From the NCBI GenBank assembly GCA_050293845.1, contig JBNKNM010000030.1:1-39791 (forward strand): a DNA stretch of 39,791 bases. Direction: 5' to 3'. A program made the position numbers and the translations under genes. Positions 1 to 9,498 of the stretch are shown here, one piece after another; position 1 is the first letter of the stretch, and every line of letters starts with the position of its first letter. Source of the stretch: Pseudobacteriovorax sp. (GTDB lineage: Bacteria > Bdellovibrionota_B > Oligoflexia > Oligoflexales > Oligoflexaceae). Below the pieces are notes generated by a model, which did no database searches, had not been told where the DNA came from, and saw nothing but the letters and a program-made list of their open reading frames with translations.

Positions 1-449
1 CTATTATACAATAATCGTAAGGTTTGAGTGGGATTGGCAAGGTGGTGCAGGACACCATAGCAATCGATATGGTCATAAGTCTCTAGGTTATCAAATAAAA
101 AGCCATCCAAATCTTTCTGAGTAAGCTGAATAGACTTGGGCTCCCAGAGGAGACGTAGCTTAGCTCTACGAATGCTTGTTTGGGAAATATCGACGGCTTC
201 CATGTTATTTTGCTTAGGTTCAATTTTTCTCAAAATGTAAGGCTGGGTTTCGCCGCAGCCAGCTATCAGAACCTGAGGTGTGCTTGTATGGGAGATTGAG
301 GCATGGCTTCCCAATTGAGCGGCAAAGTGTGCGGAACCTTGGTAGGCTTCCTGCCAGCGGAGAGGAGCCCATAGGGGGTAGGCTGGGTAGGGGTAATCCT
401 CATACATATTCCGCACTTTGTTATGAATAAACTCAATAGTTGAATCCAT
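1..449 (-). CDS. Class I SAM-dependent methyltransferase, 5' part (runs off the window edge; not in the ORF track)
   Basis: Manual translation from ATG at 449 (SD AAGGGAG upstream): MDSTIEFIHNKVRNMYEDYPYP...VLIAGCGE...EAVDISQTS...YDHIDCYGVLHHLANP. This shows motif I (IAGCG), the acidic end of strand 2 and a VLHHL motif; the frame is open to position 1. Confidence 0.8.
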   Translation of the reverse strand, partial: MDSTIEFIHNKVRNMYEDYPYPAYPLWAPLRWQEAYQGSAHFAAQLGSHASISHTSTPQVLIAGCGETQPYILRKIEPKQNNMEAVDISQTSIRRAKLRLLWEPKSIQLTQKDLDGFLFDNLETYDHIDCYGVLHHLANPTQTLRLLYN

Positions 450-459
450 AATCTCCCTT

Positions 460-1572
460 TTAAGGTGAAACCCTTGTCATATATTTTGCTTTTTGTGTAT
501 CGGTTACCATTATAGTAGCAGGTTTATTCGGAGAACGAGAAGAGTTCATCGTAAAAGGACCGACTAAACTAGGAAGTTTGCGGGCTCGGGTTAAAAATTT
601 CTGCATAGGCGCAGTACGATTTGATTGCACTTTCTTGTAAGTAAACATCGCTAAGTTAAGAGCTTCGTAGCCAGCAAATGCTAAGGTGCTGGGTGATTTC
701 CCGTATCGTTCTTGATAAGCTAGGATAAATTTTTTCATAGCTGGATGAGGGTCCTGTAATGTATAGGGTGAGAAAAAATAGTGGCCTGTGAGAAGGCTGC
801 CAAAGGCTTCCTTTAGATTAGCAGTGTCCCAGCCATCACCCCCTAAGAAGGTAGCTTTTATCTTTTGGCTTTTAAAAGCGTTAATAATTTCACTGGCGTC
901 GAAATAAAAGCCAGGTATGAAAATCAATTTACCTTTATAGGGTCTAAGATCTCTTTTTGCAATTTGGCTCACTTCATTATAAGTTACTGTCTCCACACTG
1001 CCCCCAGACTTTTTAAATGTATAAGCAAAGGTTTGAGAAAGACTCTCTGCATAAGGGCTTTCTGATTCTTTGATAATGATAGCCTGTGTTTTTTTGAGCT
1101 TTTGTGCTGCAAATTTGCCCAAGGCCTCACCTTGCTGAAGTTCATTCAACGAAACGGAGAATACATTTTTTCCTTTTGCCATGATGTTAGGGTCTGTGCC
1201 TATCGGTAAGATAAGTACTCTATTTTTACGGCTAGCGACATCAGCAATGGCATGGTTGATGTTGTTGGAAACGGAGCCAATGATCAAATGGATCTTTTTT
1301 TGGGATATGAGTCTTTCTGTGACCTGACCTGCTATAGAGCTGCGGCCTTGATCATCAACTTCTACTAGCTGAATTTTGTTAACTGAGGTAGGACTTGCTT
1401 TAACAGATTTATCATAGGCTATACTGATCCCCTTCATCAGCTCATCGCCCAGTGGCTTCATGGACCCGCTCATGGGCCTGACGATACCTATTTTAAGCCT
1501 GGCTTCAATCGACATTGATGGCGTTGTAAAGACGTAGCAAAACATGAAAAATAAAGTGAAACGAGACAGCAT
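460..1572 (-). CDS. ABC transporter substrate-binding protein, LivJ/LivK-like (periplasmic binding protein type 1)
   Basis: Signal peptide, KIGIVRPMSG, VEVDDQG, IIGSVS, FLGGDGWD and AFAGYEA motifs typical of the branched-chain amino acid SBP family. Confidence 0.85.
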   Translation of the reverse strand: MLSRFTLFFMFCYVFTTPSMSIEARLKIGIVRPMSGSMKPLGDELMKGISIAYDKSVKASPTSVNKIQLVEVDDQGRSSIAGQVTERLISQKKIHLIIGSVSNNINHAIADVASRKNRVLILPIGTDPNIMAKGKNVFSVSLNELQQGEALGKFAAQKLKKTQAIIIKESESPYAESLSQTFAYTFKKSGGSVETVTYNEVSQIAKRDLRPYKGKLIFIPGFYFDASEIINAFKSQKIKATFLGGDGWDTANLKEAFGSLLTGHYFFSPYTLQDPHPAMKKFILAYQERYGKSPSTLAFAGYEALNLAMFTYKKVQSNRTAPMQKFLTRARKLPSLVGPFTMNSSRSPNKPATIMVTDTQKAKYMTRVSP

Positions 1573-1652
1573 GGGAGCTCCTGATCGGCTTAGTTATTGT
1601 TTTTCTCGCATGGGTTACAGACAAGAGATCAGTTCTAAGATACACCGTAAAG

Positions 1653-2321
1653 ATGGATTTTTCACCTTCAAGTGCCATAAATGGTAGCTTATTGTGGGAG
1701 GGAGACTTGGAAGAATTGGAATGGAAAGAGCCATGGAAGGAAAGGTGGGCAAGTCATAGGACACCTTGGGACTTAGAAGGTCCGCATCCTAATATAGAGA
1801 CCTTGATGATGCGACTCCGTCAGGAAGCGGGTTTAATCTCAGGGACGGTACTAGTACCTGGCTGTGGTCATGGGCACGATGGGGCTTTTTTTGCTCGTCA
1901 AGATTTTCAGACAAAAGGGGTCGATTTTGTGGACGATGCCATTTTTGCAGCTAAGTCCTTGTACGATTCTGTAGCTGGTCTCTCTTTTGCCGTTGCTGAT
2001 GTATTATCAGGCGTTGAATCAGATACCTATGATCTGATATATGATCGCGCCATGCTCTGCGCACTGCAGCCCAAAAATAGGCGAGCTTATCTTCACAGGA
2101 TGCACGATAATCTTCGACAGCATGGTTTATTCGCCGGTTTTATCTTCCAGGAAGTCGAGCTATCAGTAGGTGTGAAAGGTCCTCCCTTTGGTTTTGATGA
2201 ATCAGCCTTTGGGGAGTTAATGGGGGAGTTCTTTACGCCCATAACTTGGGAGCGACTGAAAAATATCCAGTCTGATTCATCGATTAAAAGTGAATGGTTG
2301 ACCATATGGCGAAAAAAATAG
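1653..2321 (+). CDS. Thiopurine/thiol S-methyltransferase (TPMT-like) SAM-dependent methyltransferase
   Basis: W..RW....TPWD, VLVPGCGHGHD, GVDF, YDLIYDRAMLCAL and GPPFG motifs. Confidence 0.85.
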   Translation: MDFSPSSAINGSLLWEGDLEELEWKEPWKERWASHRTPWDLEGPHPNIETLMMRLRQEAGLISGTVLVPGCGHGHDGAFFARQDFQTKGVDFVDDAIFAAKSLYDSVAGLSFAVADVLSGVESDTYDLIYDRAMLCALQPKNRRAYLHRMHDNLRQHGLFAGFIFQEVELSVGVKGPPFGFDESAFGELMGEFFTPITWERLKNIQSDSSIKSEWLTIWRKK

Positions 2322-2330
2322 TGAGGAATT

Positions 2331-4274
2331 ATGGGAACAAGTGGTTATCATGCTGGCAAAGTAAGAGAACTCGCATCACAAATTCTAGGCCATAGGCAGG
2401 CCTATTATACAGGTAAGCCAACTATAAGTGATGCTGAGTATGACGTACTTGAGGAACAACTACGTAGCTTGTCACCGGATCATCCCATATTTGACCAGGT
2501 GGGTGCTGCTTCCCTTGGCCAGAGTCAAAATGAGAAAGTGAAGCATGCGGTACCCATGTTGTCTTTGCAAAAGACCTATAGTCTAGATGAACTTATGAGC
2601 TGGAAGGGGGAGGAAGATGTTGTCGGAACCTGGAAGGTGGATGGTAACAGTCTGAGTTTAGTGTACCGGGCCGGGCGTCTGGAGATGGCTAAAACCCGTG
2701 GTAACGGACGCTTGGGGGAAGATGTTACCGGGAAAGCTAAATGGGTCAGTGACATTATTCCTCAGTTGTCCACTGAACAGGATATTGAAATCCGTGGAGA
2801 GCTGTATTGTTCTGAGCATGCCTTCGCGGAACTGGTTGAAGATATGTTGCGGCGGAGTTTGGAACGTCCCTCTAATCCTCGCAATATAGTGGCTGGCTTG
2901 TTAGGTCGTAAATTACATGAAGATCTAGCCCATTATTTTAATTTTTTAGCTTTTGATGTCATAAGCTCATCCGAAAAATTTTACTTTGCCACGGAAGTTG
3001 AAAAGTTTTCCTGGTTGCAGGATCAAGGCTTTGCAGTGCCAAAGCCCCAAGTTATCAAAAACGAACACGATGTGAAAAATTTTCTTGAGACGGTGAAGGC
3101 GATGATGAACCAGGGGGAAATTGGCTTAGATGGAGCTGTCTTTAGCTATAATAATCGCAATTTGCATCAGGAGCTGGGAGAAACAGCCCACCATCCACGG
3201 TATAAGATGTCATTTAAGTGGCAGGGACAGACAGCGGTATCCCGGATTAAGGAAATTGCTTGGGCTACCTCAAGACTGGGAATTCTGACACCGGTAGCAG
3301 TTATTGAGCCAGTGGTTTTGAGCGGGGCGAAGATCGCAAATGTGACCCTCCATAATGCAGAACATGTGATGGCATATAATTTGAAATCAGGTGATCAAAT
3401 CGAAATTGTACGCTCTGGGGAGGTTATTCCGAAGTTCCTTCAGGTAAAGACTGCGGCTCCTGGGCAGTATCAATGGCCTAGCTCATGTGGGTCCTGTGGT
3501 TCTGCCCTTGAATTTGATGGCGTGCGCCTAAAGTGTATGAATCAACTCGGCTGTCCAGCCCAGCAAATGGGCTCGATTCTCAACTGGATACGTTGCGTGG
3601 AAATCGATGATCTCAGTGAGAAGCGGGTGCAAAATATGATAGATTTGAATCTTTTATCTGATATTTCAGACCTCTACAGATTGACTGTTGATGATTTGCT
3701 GCTTCTACCCCTGACAAAAGAAAAAATGGCTCAAAAGCTTTTTACCAATATTCAAAAAAGTAAGTCCCTGCCCTTGGCAAGGTTTTTAAATGGTTTGGGG
3801 ATAGAAGGCATGGGACTAACATCCTGGGAAAAAATTCTTTCCCATGCCAACTCTTTAGATCAGGTCTTAGGGCTGACATCGGAAGAACTTACTGGGGTGG
3901 ATGGATTTGCTGAAAAATCGGCACAGCAGATCGTTTCGGGTTTAATGGTTCGCCAGCCACTCATAGATAGGCTTTTGGAGCTGGGCGTGGCTCCCCAAGC
4001 TGAGGAGCTGGTAGCTCAAGAGGATAGGGAGCAACAACCCTTGTTCGGTAAGTCCTTTGTGATTACAGGAACCCTTTCCCGGCCCCGACAAACCGTTGCC
4101 AATATCATCAAGTCTGCTGGCGGAAAAATCGTTGGTTCTGTGTCTAAAAATACCTACGCGTTGGTTACTAATGATAAAGACACTCAATCTTCTAAAATGA
4201 AAAAGGCTCAAGATTTAGGTATCCCTATCTGGAGCGAGGATTTTCTCATCAGCCAGATTGAAGGAGAGCCGTGA
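2331..4274 (+). CDS. ligA: NAD-dependent DNA ligase
   Basis: YY.G.PTISDAEYD, PMLSL, KVDG adenylation motif, TRGNG..GED, EIRGE, NPRN, OB fold (TLHN, RSGEVIP), Cys4 zinc finger, C-terminal BRCT (FVITGTL, KMKKAQDLGIPIWSE). Confidence 0.97.
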   Translation: MGTSGYHAGKVRELASQILGHRQAYYTGKPTISDAEYDVLEEQLRSLSPDHPIFDQVGAASLGQSQNEKVKHAVPMLSLQKTYSLDELMSWKGEEDVVGTWKVDGNSLSLVYRAGRLEMAKTRGNGRLGEDVTGKAKWVSDIIPQLSTEQDIEIRGELYCSEHAFAELVEDMLRRSLERPSNPRNIVAGLLGRKLHEDLAHYFNFLAFDVISSSEKFYFATEVEKFSWLQDQGFAVPKPQVIKNEHDVKNFLETVKAMMNQGEIGLDGAVFSYNNRNLHQELGETAHHPRYKMSFKWQGQTAVSRIKEIAWATSRLGILTPVAVIEPVVLSGAKIANVTLHNAEHVMAYNLKSGDQIEIVRSGEVIPKFLQVKTAAPGQYQWPSSCGSCGSALEFDGVRLKCMNQLGCPAQQMGSILNWIRCVEIDDLSEKRVQNMIDLNLLSDISDLYRLTVDDLLLLPLTKEKMAQKLFTNIQKSKSLPLARFLNGLGIEGMGLTSWEKILSHANSLDQVLGLTSEELTGVDGFAEKSAQQIVSGLMVRQPLIDRLLELGVAPQAEELVAQEDREQQPLFGKSFVITGTLSRPRQTVANIIKSAGGKIVGSVSKNTYALVTNDKDTQSSKMKKAQDLGIPIWSEDFLISQIEGEP

Positions 4275-4275
4275 C

Positions 4276-5142
4276 GTGACCGCGAAGGTGAAAGTGGGGT
4301 TTCAGGGTATTAAAGGTGCTTACAGCGAAATGGCAGCGAACCAGTTCTTCGCAGGGCACGCGGTAGAGCTCATTCCATGCAATAAGTTCGAAGAGATCTT
4401 TATCGCGATAGAGCGGGGTGATATGCAATACGGGGTGATTCCCATTGAGAATTCTTTGGCTGGTAGCATCCATGAGAATTACGACCATTTGCTGAACTTT
4501 AGTGTCTGGATCTGCGGCGAGTATTTTCTAAGGGTGAAACATAGTCTTTTAGCATGCCCTGGTACTAGTCTGGAGAAGATCAAAAAGGTGTATTCCCACC
4601 CCCAAGCCTTGGGGCAGTGTGCACAATATCTGAAAAACCTAAGGGTAGAAGTAGTCCCTTATTTCGATACGGCAGGGTCGGCCCAGCTAATAGCCGAACA
4701 GCAAGATCCAGAAATGGCAGCTATAGCTGGTGCTCACGCTGCAGAAGACTATGGTATCGCTGTGCTGCAATCTTCAATAGAGGATAATAAACAAAACTAC
4801 ACCCGATTTTTTTTAGTGGAAAAGAAAGACTCGCAAAGCCAGCAACCTACAACCCACCAATCCCAGAACCCCCAAGGTAAGACCTCTATTGTTTTTTCAT
4901 TGAAGGATGCTCCAGGTGGATTGCATAAGAGTCTTAGTGTCTTTGCGATCCGGGACATCGACTTAACAAAAATTGAATCCCGCCCCCTCAAAAGTAGCCC
5001 CTGGAAATATCTTTTCTATCTTGATATAGAAGGGTATTACTTTGACGAACCTGTGCACCGTGCGATTTCTCATATGGAAGAAATAACAAGGATGATTAAA
5101 GTGCTAGGTTCTTATAAGTCGGATAAGTTAAAGGAGAGTTAA
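4276..5142 (+). CDS. pheA: Prephenate dehydratase (monofunctional, PDT + ACT domain)
   Basis: FQGIKGAYSEMAA, PIENSLAGS, SHPQALGQC, NYTRF, LTKIESRP motifs; no chorismate mutase domain. GTG at 4276 chosen for the AAGGAG SD at 4261. Confidence 0.93.
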   Translation: MTAKVKVGFQGIKGAYSEMAANQFFAGHAVELIPCNKFEEIFIAIERGDMQYGVIPIENSLAGSIHENYDHLLNFSVWICGEYFLRVKHSLLACPGTSLEKIKKVYSHPQALGQCAQYLKNLRVEVVPYFDTAGSAQLIAEQQDPEMAAIAGAHAAEDYGIAVLQSSIEDNKQNYTRFFLVEKKDSQSQQPTTHQSQNPQGKTSIVFSLKDAPGGLHKSLSVFAIRDIDLTKIESRPLKSSPWKYLFYLDIEGYYFDEPVHRAISHMEEITRMIKVLGSYKSDKLKES

Positions 5143-5144
5143 CA

Positions 5145-6689
5145 TTGAGATATATCTTTTTCATAGGGCTTACTTTGCTATGGAGCAGCACCGCTTGCAA
5201 GACAACAACTCATTCCATCTCACATAAAGAATATCATATGGAGGAGGTTTGGTTTAAAGGCAGTATTGAACAGGCTTTTTTGAAGGCTCAGAGGGAAGAC
5301 AAACTGGTATTTCTCTATTGGGGTGCGGTATGGTGCCCTCCCTGTAACGAGCTGAAAGATCAGGTGTTTTCTAAGCCTGAATTTAAGGAAATGATGCTTC
5401 CATTTGTACCTGTTTACCTGGACGGTGATACGGAGCGAGCCCAAGTCTGGGCTGATAAATTCAAAGCCTATGGCTATCCCACCGTATTAATCTTAGATCA
5501 TAAGAAAGCAGAAAAATATCGCTTGAATGGTAGCATTAATCTGGCAGAATTTAGCAAAGCTATTCAATATGCCCACACTTCACATCTATCTCTAGACGAA
5601 CTGCTAAGTAAGGTTAATAAACATCAACTCTCTGCTGAAGAGTGGCGAGCCCTTGCCTATATCAGCTGGGGTCAGCTACCTCAAAACCAGTATCCAGACA
5701 TAGAAGTTTGGAAGTTGCAGGATCAGTTGATTCGTAAGATCCCTGTAAACTATGCCACTGTGAGGAGTATATTAACTGCGGAATTTCTGGTTTTGTCGTT
5801 ACGATTAAAGGACAATAGCACTGTAGGTAATAAGATATCTGCCTTGAAGGATCGAGCGGATGAGCTATTAGGGTATATATTTGCTGATTCCCAAAGTATG
5901 ATCGCTGTTCGGCAGTATCTTAACCTTGAAAGTGCCGACATTTTGGGTTTCTTTTATCCACAACGCAAAACGGGATATGATAGATGGAAACAAACTTGGC
6001 TACAGAGTGCTGATACTATAGCGCGCAACGCAACGCTTTCCGTTGATACTCGTCTGTGGACAGTATACCCGACATTAGCACTCCATAAGCTGGAGCATGG
6101 AGAAAGAACGGACTTTCCTGAAGATATTAGGCAAAAAGTAATAGCTTCCGTTAAGTTAGCTGATCAGAGGGCGCAATCCCCCTATGAAAGGCATTCTGTT
6201 ATCTCAGGGGCGGCTTATTTATTGGGCCAGGTTAAAGCTTATAAGGAAGCTCAAAATCTGTTAGAAAAAGAGCTGAAAACTACCAATACTCCTTGGTACT
6301 ATCAGTCGTCACTGTCCAGCCTTGCTCAGGAGCAGGGAGATACAGCCGCTGCTCTAATGTGGTCAGAAGCAGCAAGAAAGTCTGCAACAGGGAGAGCGAC
6401 GAAATTACAGTGGATTACCAATGATCTCATACTTAATACAAAGTTAGATTCACCAAATCAGGGTCAGCGTATATTTGAATTAACCAAAGAGTTTTATGAC
6501 TTAGCTTTAGCACTATCCGATGGATTTTCTGGTCGCAATCAATTTCGCGCTCAGCGTGTTGCCAAAAGCTTGAAGCCTTTTCTTAAGGTTGCACGTATCA
6601 AACGTACCGTAGAGGTGTATCGTACAAAGTGCCTGGATTCCCAGGATGTTGATCAAAATTGTAAAAAACACTTCGGGGATCTGCTGTGA
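5145..6689 (+). CDS. Thioredoxin-fold (WCPPC) protein with long helical/TPR-like C-terminus, probable lipoprotein
   Basis: Signal ending STAC; FLYWGAVWCPPCNELK; GYPT cis-Pro motif; alpha-helical remainder; SD AAGGAG upstream of TTG. Confidence 0.75.
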   Translation: MRYIFFIGLTLLWSSTACKTTTHSISHKEYHMEEVWFKGSIEQAFLKAQREDKLVFLYWGAVWCPPCNELKDQVFSKPEFKEMMLPFVPVYLDGDTERAQVWADKFKAYGYPTVLILDHKKAEKYRLNGSINLAEFSKAIQYAHTSHLSLDELLSKVNKHQLSAEEWRALAYISWGQLPQNQYPDIEVWKLQDQLIRKIPVNYATVRSILTAEFLVLSLRLKDNSTVGNKISALKDRADELLGYIFADSQSMIAVRQYLNLESADILGFFYPQRKTGYDRWKQTWLQSADTIARNATLSVDTRLWTVYPTLALHKLEHGERTDFPEDIRQKVIASVKLADQRAQSPYERHSVISGAAYLLGQVKAYKEAQNLLEKELKTTNTPWYYQSSLSSLAQEQGDTAAALMWSEAARKSATGRATKLQWITNDLILNTKLDSPNQGQRIFELTKEFYDLALALSDGFSGRNQFRAQRVAKSLKPFLKVARIKRTVEVYRTKCLDSQDVDQNCKKHFGDLL

Positions 6690-7753
6690 GTGATAAGGGG
6701 AAGGTGCTTCAAGAACTTGCTGTTTTAAAATCAGGCCATCCCCCCCGTGCAGATGCAGGTATTTTTGGGGCTTCCATACCTTTAGATTTAGCACAAATTG
6801 TGCTTTTACCTGTCCCCTTTGAGGCAACAACTTCTTATGGGGGAGGGACATCTCAGGGGCCAGTCGCTATCTTAAAAGCCAGTCATCAATTGGATCTTTT
6901 TGATAGCAATTGGGGAAACCCTTCTCTCACCGGTATTGCCTTATTGGAATCAAGTCCAATTTTCCATAAACTCAACAATACTGGAAAGGCGCTTGCGCGA
7001 GAGGTGATTGCGTCCTGGGAACAAAGGGGGAAGCCTAAGGATGATGCTTTAAAGAAAGTTAATGATATTTCTACTGCCGTAAATGAAGCTGTCTATCATG
7101 AAAGTAAAAATCTCCTGTCCCAAAATAAAATTGTCGGTGTTATTGGTGGCGACCACAGCTGTCCTTTTGGTTTGATGCAAGCTTTGGGGGAGGATGAGAC
7201 TAATTATGGTATTCTACATATCGATGCCCACCATGACTTAAGAAAGGCCTATGAAGGTTTCGAGCATTCCCATGCATCAATCATGTACAACGCTCTGGAA
7301 AAGATTCCCGGAATTTCCCGCATATTGTCTGTTGCCATTAGGGATTTCTCAGAAGAAGAGTATCGTCTGGCACAGGAACACAAGAAAGTTGAAACTCTAT
7401 ATGATTTAGAGATAGTGCGGCGGTTAGCTCATGGCGAGCATTTGCTGCAGATTTTCAAGGAAGCCTTGTGGAGTTTGCCAGATAATATTTATATTTCCTT
7501 TGATATTGACGGCTTGGAACCTTACTGCTGCCCTCATACCGGAACTCCCGTTGCCGGAGGCTTAAGGTTTCAGGAAGCGATCTTGCTAGTGGAGTTAGCC
7601 GTTCAAATGGGGAAAAAAGTCATTGGATTTGATCTTTGTGAAGTTTGTCCAGGAGATGATGAATGGGATGCAAATGTGGGAGCACGCATCCTTTATAAGC
7701 TTTGTGGAGCGGTTGCCGTATCCCATAAGATGCGAAGTCTCTTGGATAGTTAG
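6686..7753 (+). CDS. speB: Agmatinase / ureohydrolase family protein
   Basis: GGDHS, HIDAHHD, SHAS and SFDIDGLEP..CPHTGTPVAGGL Mn-binding motifs; exact substrate not provable from sequence. Confidence 0.8.
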   Translation: MSDKGKVLQELAVLKSGHPPRADAGIFGASIPLDLAQIVLLPVPFEATTSYGGGTSQGPVAILKASHQLDLFDSNWGNPSLTGIALLESSPIFHKLNNTGKALAREVIASWEQRGKPKDDALKKVNDISTAVNEAVYHESKNLLSQNKIVGVIGGDHSCPFGLMQALGEDETNYGILHIDAHHDLRKAYEGFEHSHASIMYNALEKIPGISRILSVAIRDFSEEEYRLAQEHKKVETLYDLEIVRRLAHGEHLLQIFKEALWSLPDNIYISFDIDGLEPYCCPHTGTPVAGGLRFQEAILLVELAVQMGKKVIGFDLCEVCPGDDEWDANVGARILYKLCGAVAVSHKMRSLLDS

Positions 7754-7801
7754 TATCTTTCCTGTAGAATTGGGTCATTTGAAAACCTGTAGGTTGCTAA
7801 T

Positions 7802-8065
7802 ATGGCTTATATAGGAATGTTTGTGATATTGATGGTAACTTCCTGTCAGACAGTTGTTACCCACAGCAATATTCAATTGTGTCGCCTTTTTTGCGAAAGT
7901 CGCAGTGGGATTTATCGGCTCATTGTTGATCCCATCAAAGGTGTCGGGTGTCACTGCAAAAACTCCGATTTGCTTTGGCTTGAGATAGATGAAAGGGGGC
8001 CATTCCAAGATCGGCTTGATATAGATGAGGACTTGGACTTGGGAGCAGACATCCCCGAGAGCTAG
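7802..8065 (+). CDS. Small Cys-containing putative lipoprotein
   Basis: Hydrophobic N-terminus ending VTSC (lipobox-like), CxxxC and CxC motifs, acidic tail; co-oriented between speB and galE. Confidence 0.6.
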   Translation: MAYIGMFVILMVTSCQTVVTHSNIQLCRLFCESRSGIYRLIVDPIKGVGCHCKNSDLLWLEIDERGPFQDRLDIDEDLDLGADIPES

Positions 8066-8119
8066 CCATATTGTCAATCACCTGGCCCTAAAGAGACCGG
8101 GTTTCCTGGGAGGCATTAG

Positions 8120-9112
8120 ATGAAATTTTTAGTTATTGGAGGGGCCGGATATATTGGCTCCCATTTTATTTATGAGGCCATCGCGCAAGATCATGAGTGT
8201 TTGGCGTATGATAACTTATCTACAGGTCATAGGGAAGCCGTGCATCCGCAGAGTGCTTTCCAAGAAGGGGATATTCATGATCGTGCAAAGCTCGTTGAAA
8301 CCATAGAAGCCTTTCAACCTGATGCAATATTTCACTTTGCCGCTTTTGCTCTAGTGGGGGAGTCGACTGAAAATCCCAGCAAGTATTACTATAATAATGT
8401 TGAAGGAGTAAGAGTTCTGCTGGAAGTAGTCAGGGGGCATGCTAAAAATGCTAGCATTATTTTTTCCTCTACGTGCGCAGTTTTTGGAGAGCCATCCTCC
8501 CTTCCCATCGACGAAGGTCAGATAAAAAATCCTATCTCTCCTTATGGTAGATCAAAGCTAATGGCAGAGTATCTTCTCGAAGATTACGCTAAGGCCTACG
8601 GACTTAGAGCAGTTAGTTTACGTTACTTTAATGCCTGTGGGGCTCATTCATCCGGTGCGATTGGAGAAGGTCACGACCCCGAAACCCATTTGATTCCCAA
8701 TGTGATAGGAGCTGCCCTAGGGCGGCAATCGTTGAAAATATTTGGCGATGATTTTCCCACCGATGATGGCTCATGCATCCGCGACTACATTCATGTAGAA
8801 GATCTTGCAGCGGGGCATATTCTGGCCCAGGAATATATAGGGCGACAAGCCCCGGGTAGCTATGATGTGTTTCATTTGGGTACTGGTAATGGCTTTTCCA
8901 ATCTGCAAATAGTTCGGGAGGTCGAAGCTGTGATGGGTAAGGAAATAGACTACACTATAGGTGAACGAAGACTGGGTGATCCTCCACAATTATTTGCATC
9001 CATTCAAAAAGCCAAGGAACTTCTTGGCTTTCATCCGCAAAAATCTGACTTAAAAACAATCATATCTAGTGCAATAAAATGGCATAAAAATCCCGCAAGC
9101 TTAGAGCTTTAG
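8120..9112 (+). CDS. galE: UDP-glucose 4-epimerase
   Basis: GGAGYIGSH, HFAA, FSSTCAVFG, YGRSK, LRYFNACGA, THLIP, DGSCIRDYIHVEDLA. Confidence 0.95.
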   Translation: MKFLVIGGAGYIGSHFIYEAIAQDHECLAYDNLSTGHREAVHPQSAFQEGDIHDRAKLVETIEAFQPDAIFHFAAFALVGESTENPSKYYYNNVEGVRVLLEVVRGHAKNASIIFSSTCAVFGEPSSLPIDEGQIKNPISPYGRSKLMAEYLLEDYAKAYGLRAVSLRYFNACGAHSSGAIGEGHDPETHLIPNVIGAALGRQSLKIFGDDFPTDDGSCIRDYIHVEDLAAGHILAQEYIGRQAPGSYDVFHLGTGNGFSNLQIVREVEAVMGKEIDYTIGERRLGDPPQLFASIQKAKELLGFHPQKSDLKTIISSAIKWHKNPASLEL

Positions 9113-9498
9113 GATTTGCTCCACTTCACAGTCCCTTTATGGGACTGAGGGTAGCACAAGGTTTTGTCTTCGGTGCAAACAAAGGCTCTCATACTATAGT
9201 CTATAGAACCACTAGAGCCAGAAATTTTTGTTTTGATAACGAAGCCAGGGAGGTTTTTATCATAATCTCGGCTAGTATACTTGCCATCTTTTTGTTCAAG
9301 TTTTAGACTTTTAAAGTTTGTTAGAGATAATGACCAAGGGGCCTGATGGGTTAGCATCATGCCCTTATTGGCTTGAATTTTAAATTGTAGAATCAATTCA
9401 TCACCCTGGACACTGGTGCTTGTTTTCAGACTGGAATGCTTGGAGCCAAAACCAGTTAAAAATGGCAGCAAGAGAATTCCTAGCATTAATTGTTTCAT
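9109..9498 (-). CDS. Secreted hypothetical protein, possibly DsbD N-terminal-like Ig fold
   Basis: Signal peptide; beta-rich; C-terminal FVCTEDKTLCYP Cys pair; start overlaps the rel stop (ATGA). Confidence 0.6.
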   Translation of the reverse strand: MKQLMLGILLLPFLTGFGSKHSSLKTSTSVQGDELILQFKIQANKGMMLTHQAPWSLSLTNFKSLKLEQKDGKYTSRDYDKNLPGFVIKTKISGSSGSIDYSMRAFVCTEDKTLCYPQSHKGTVKWSKS

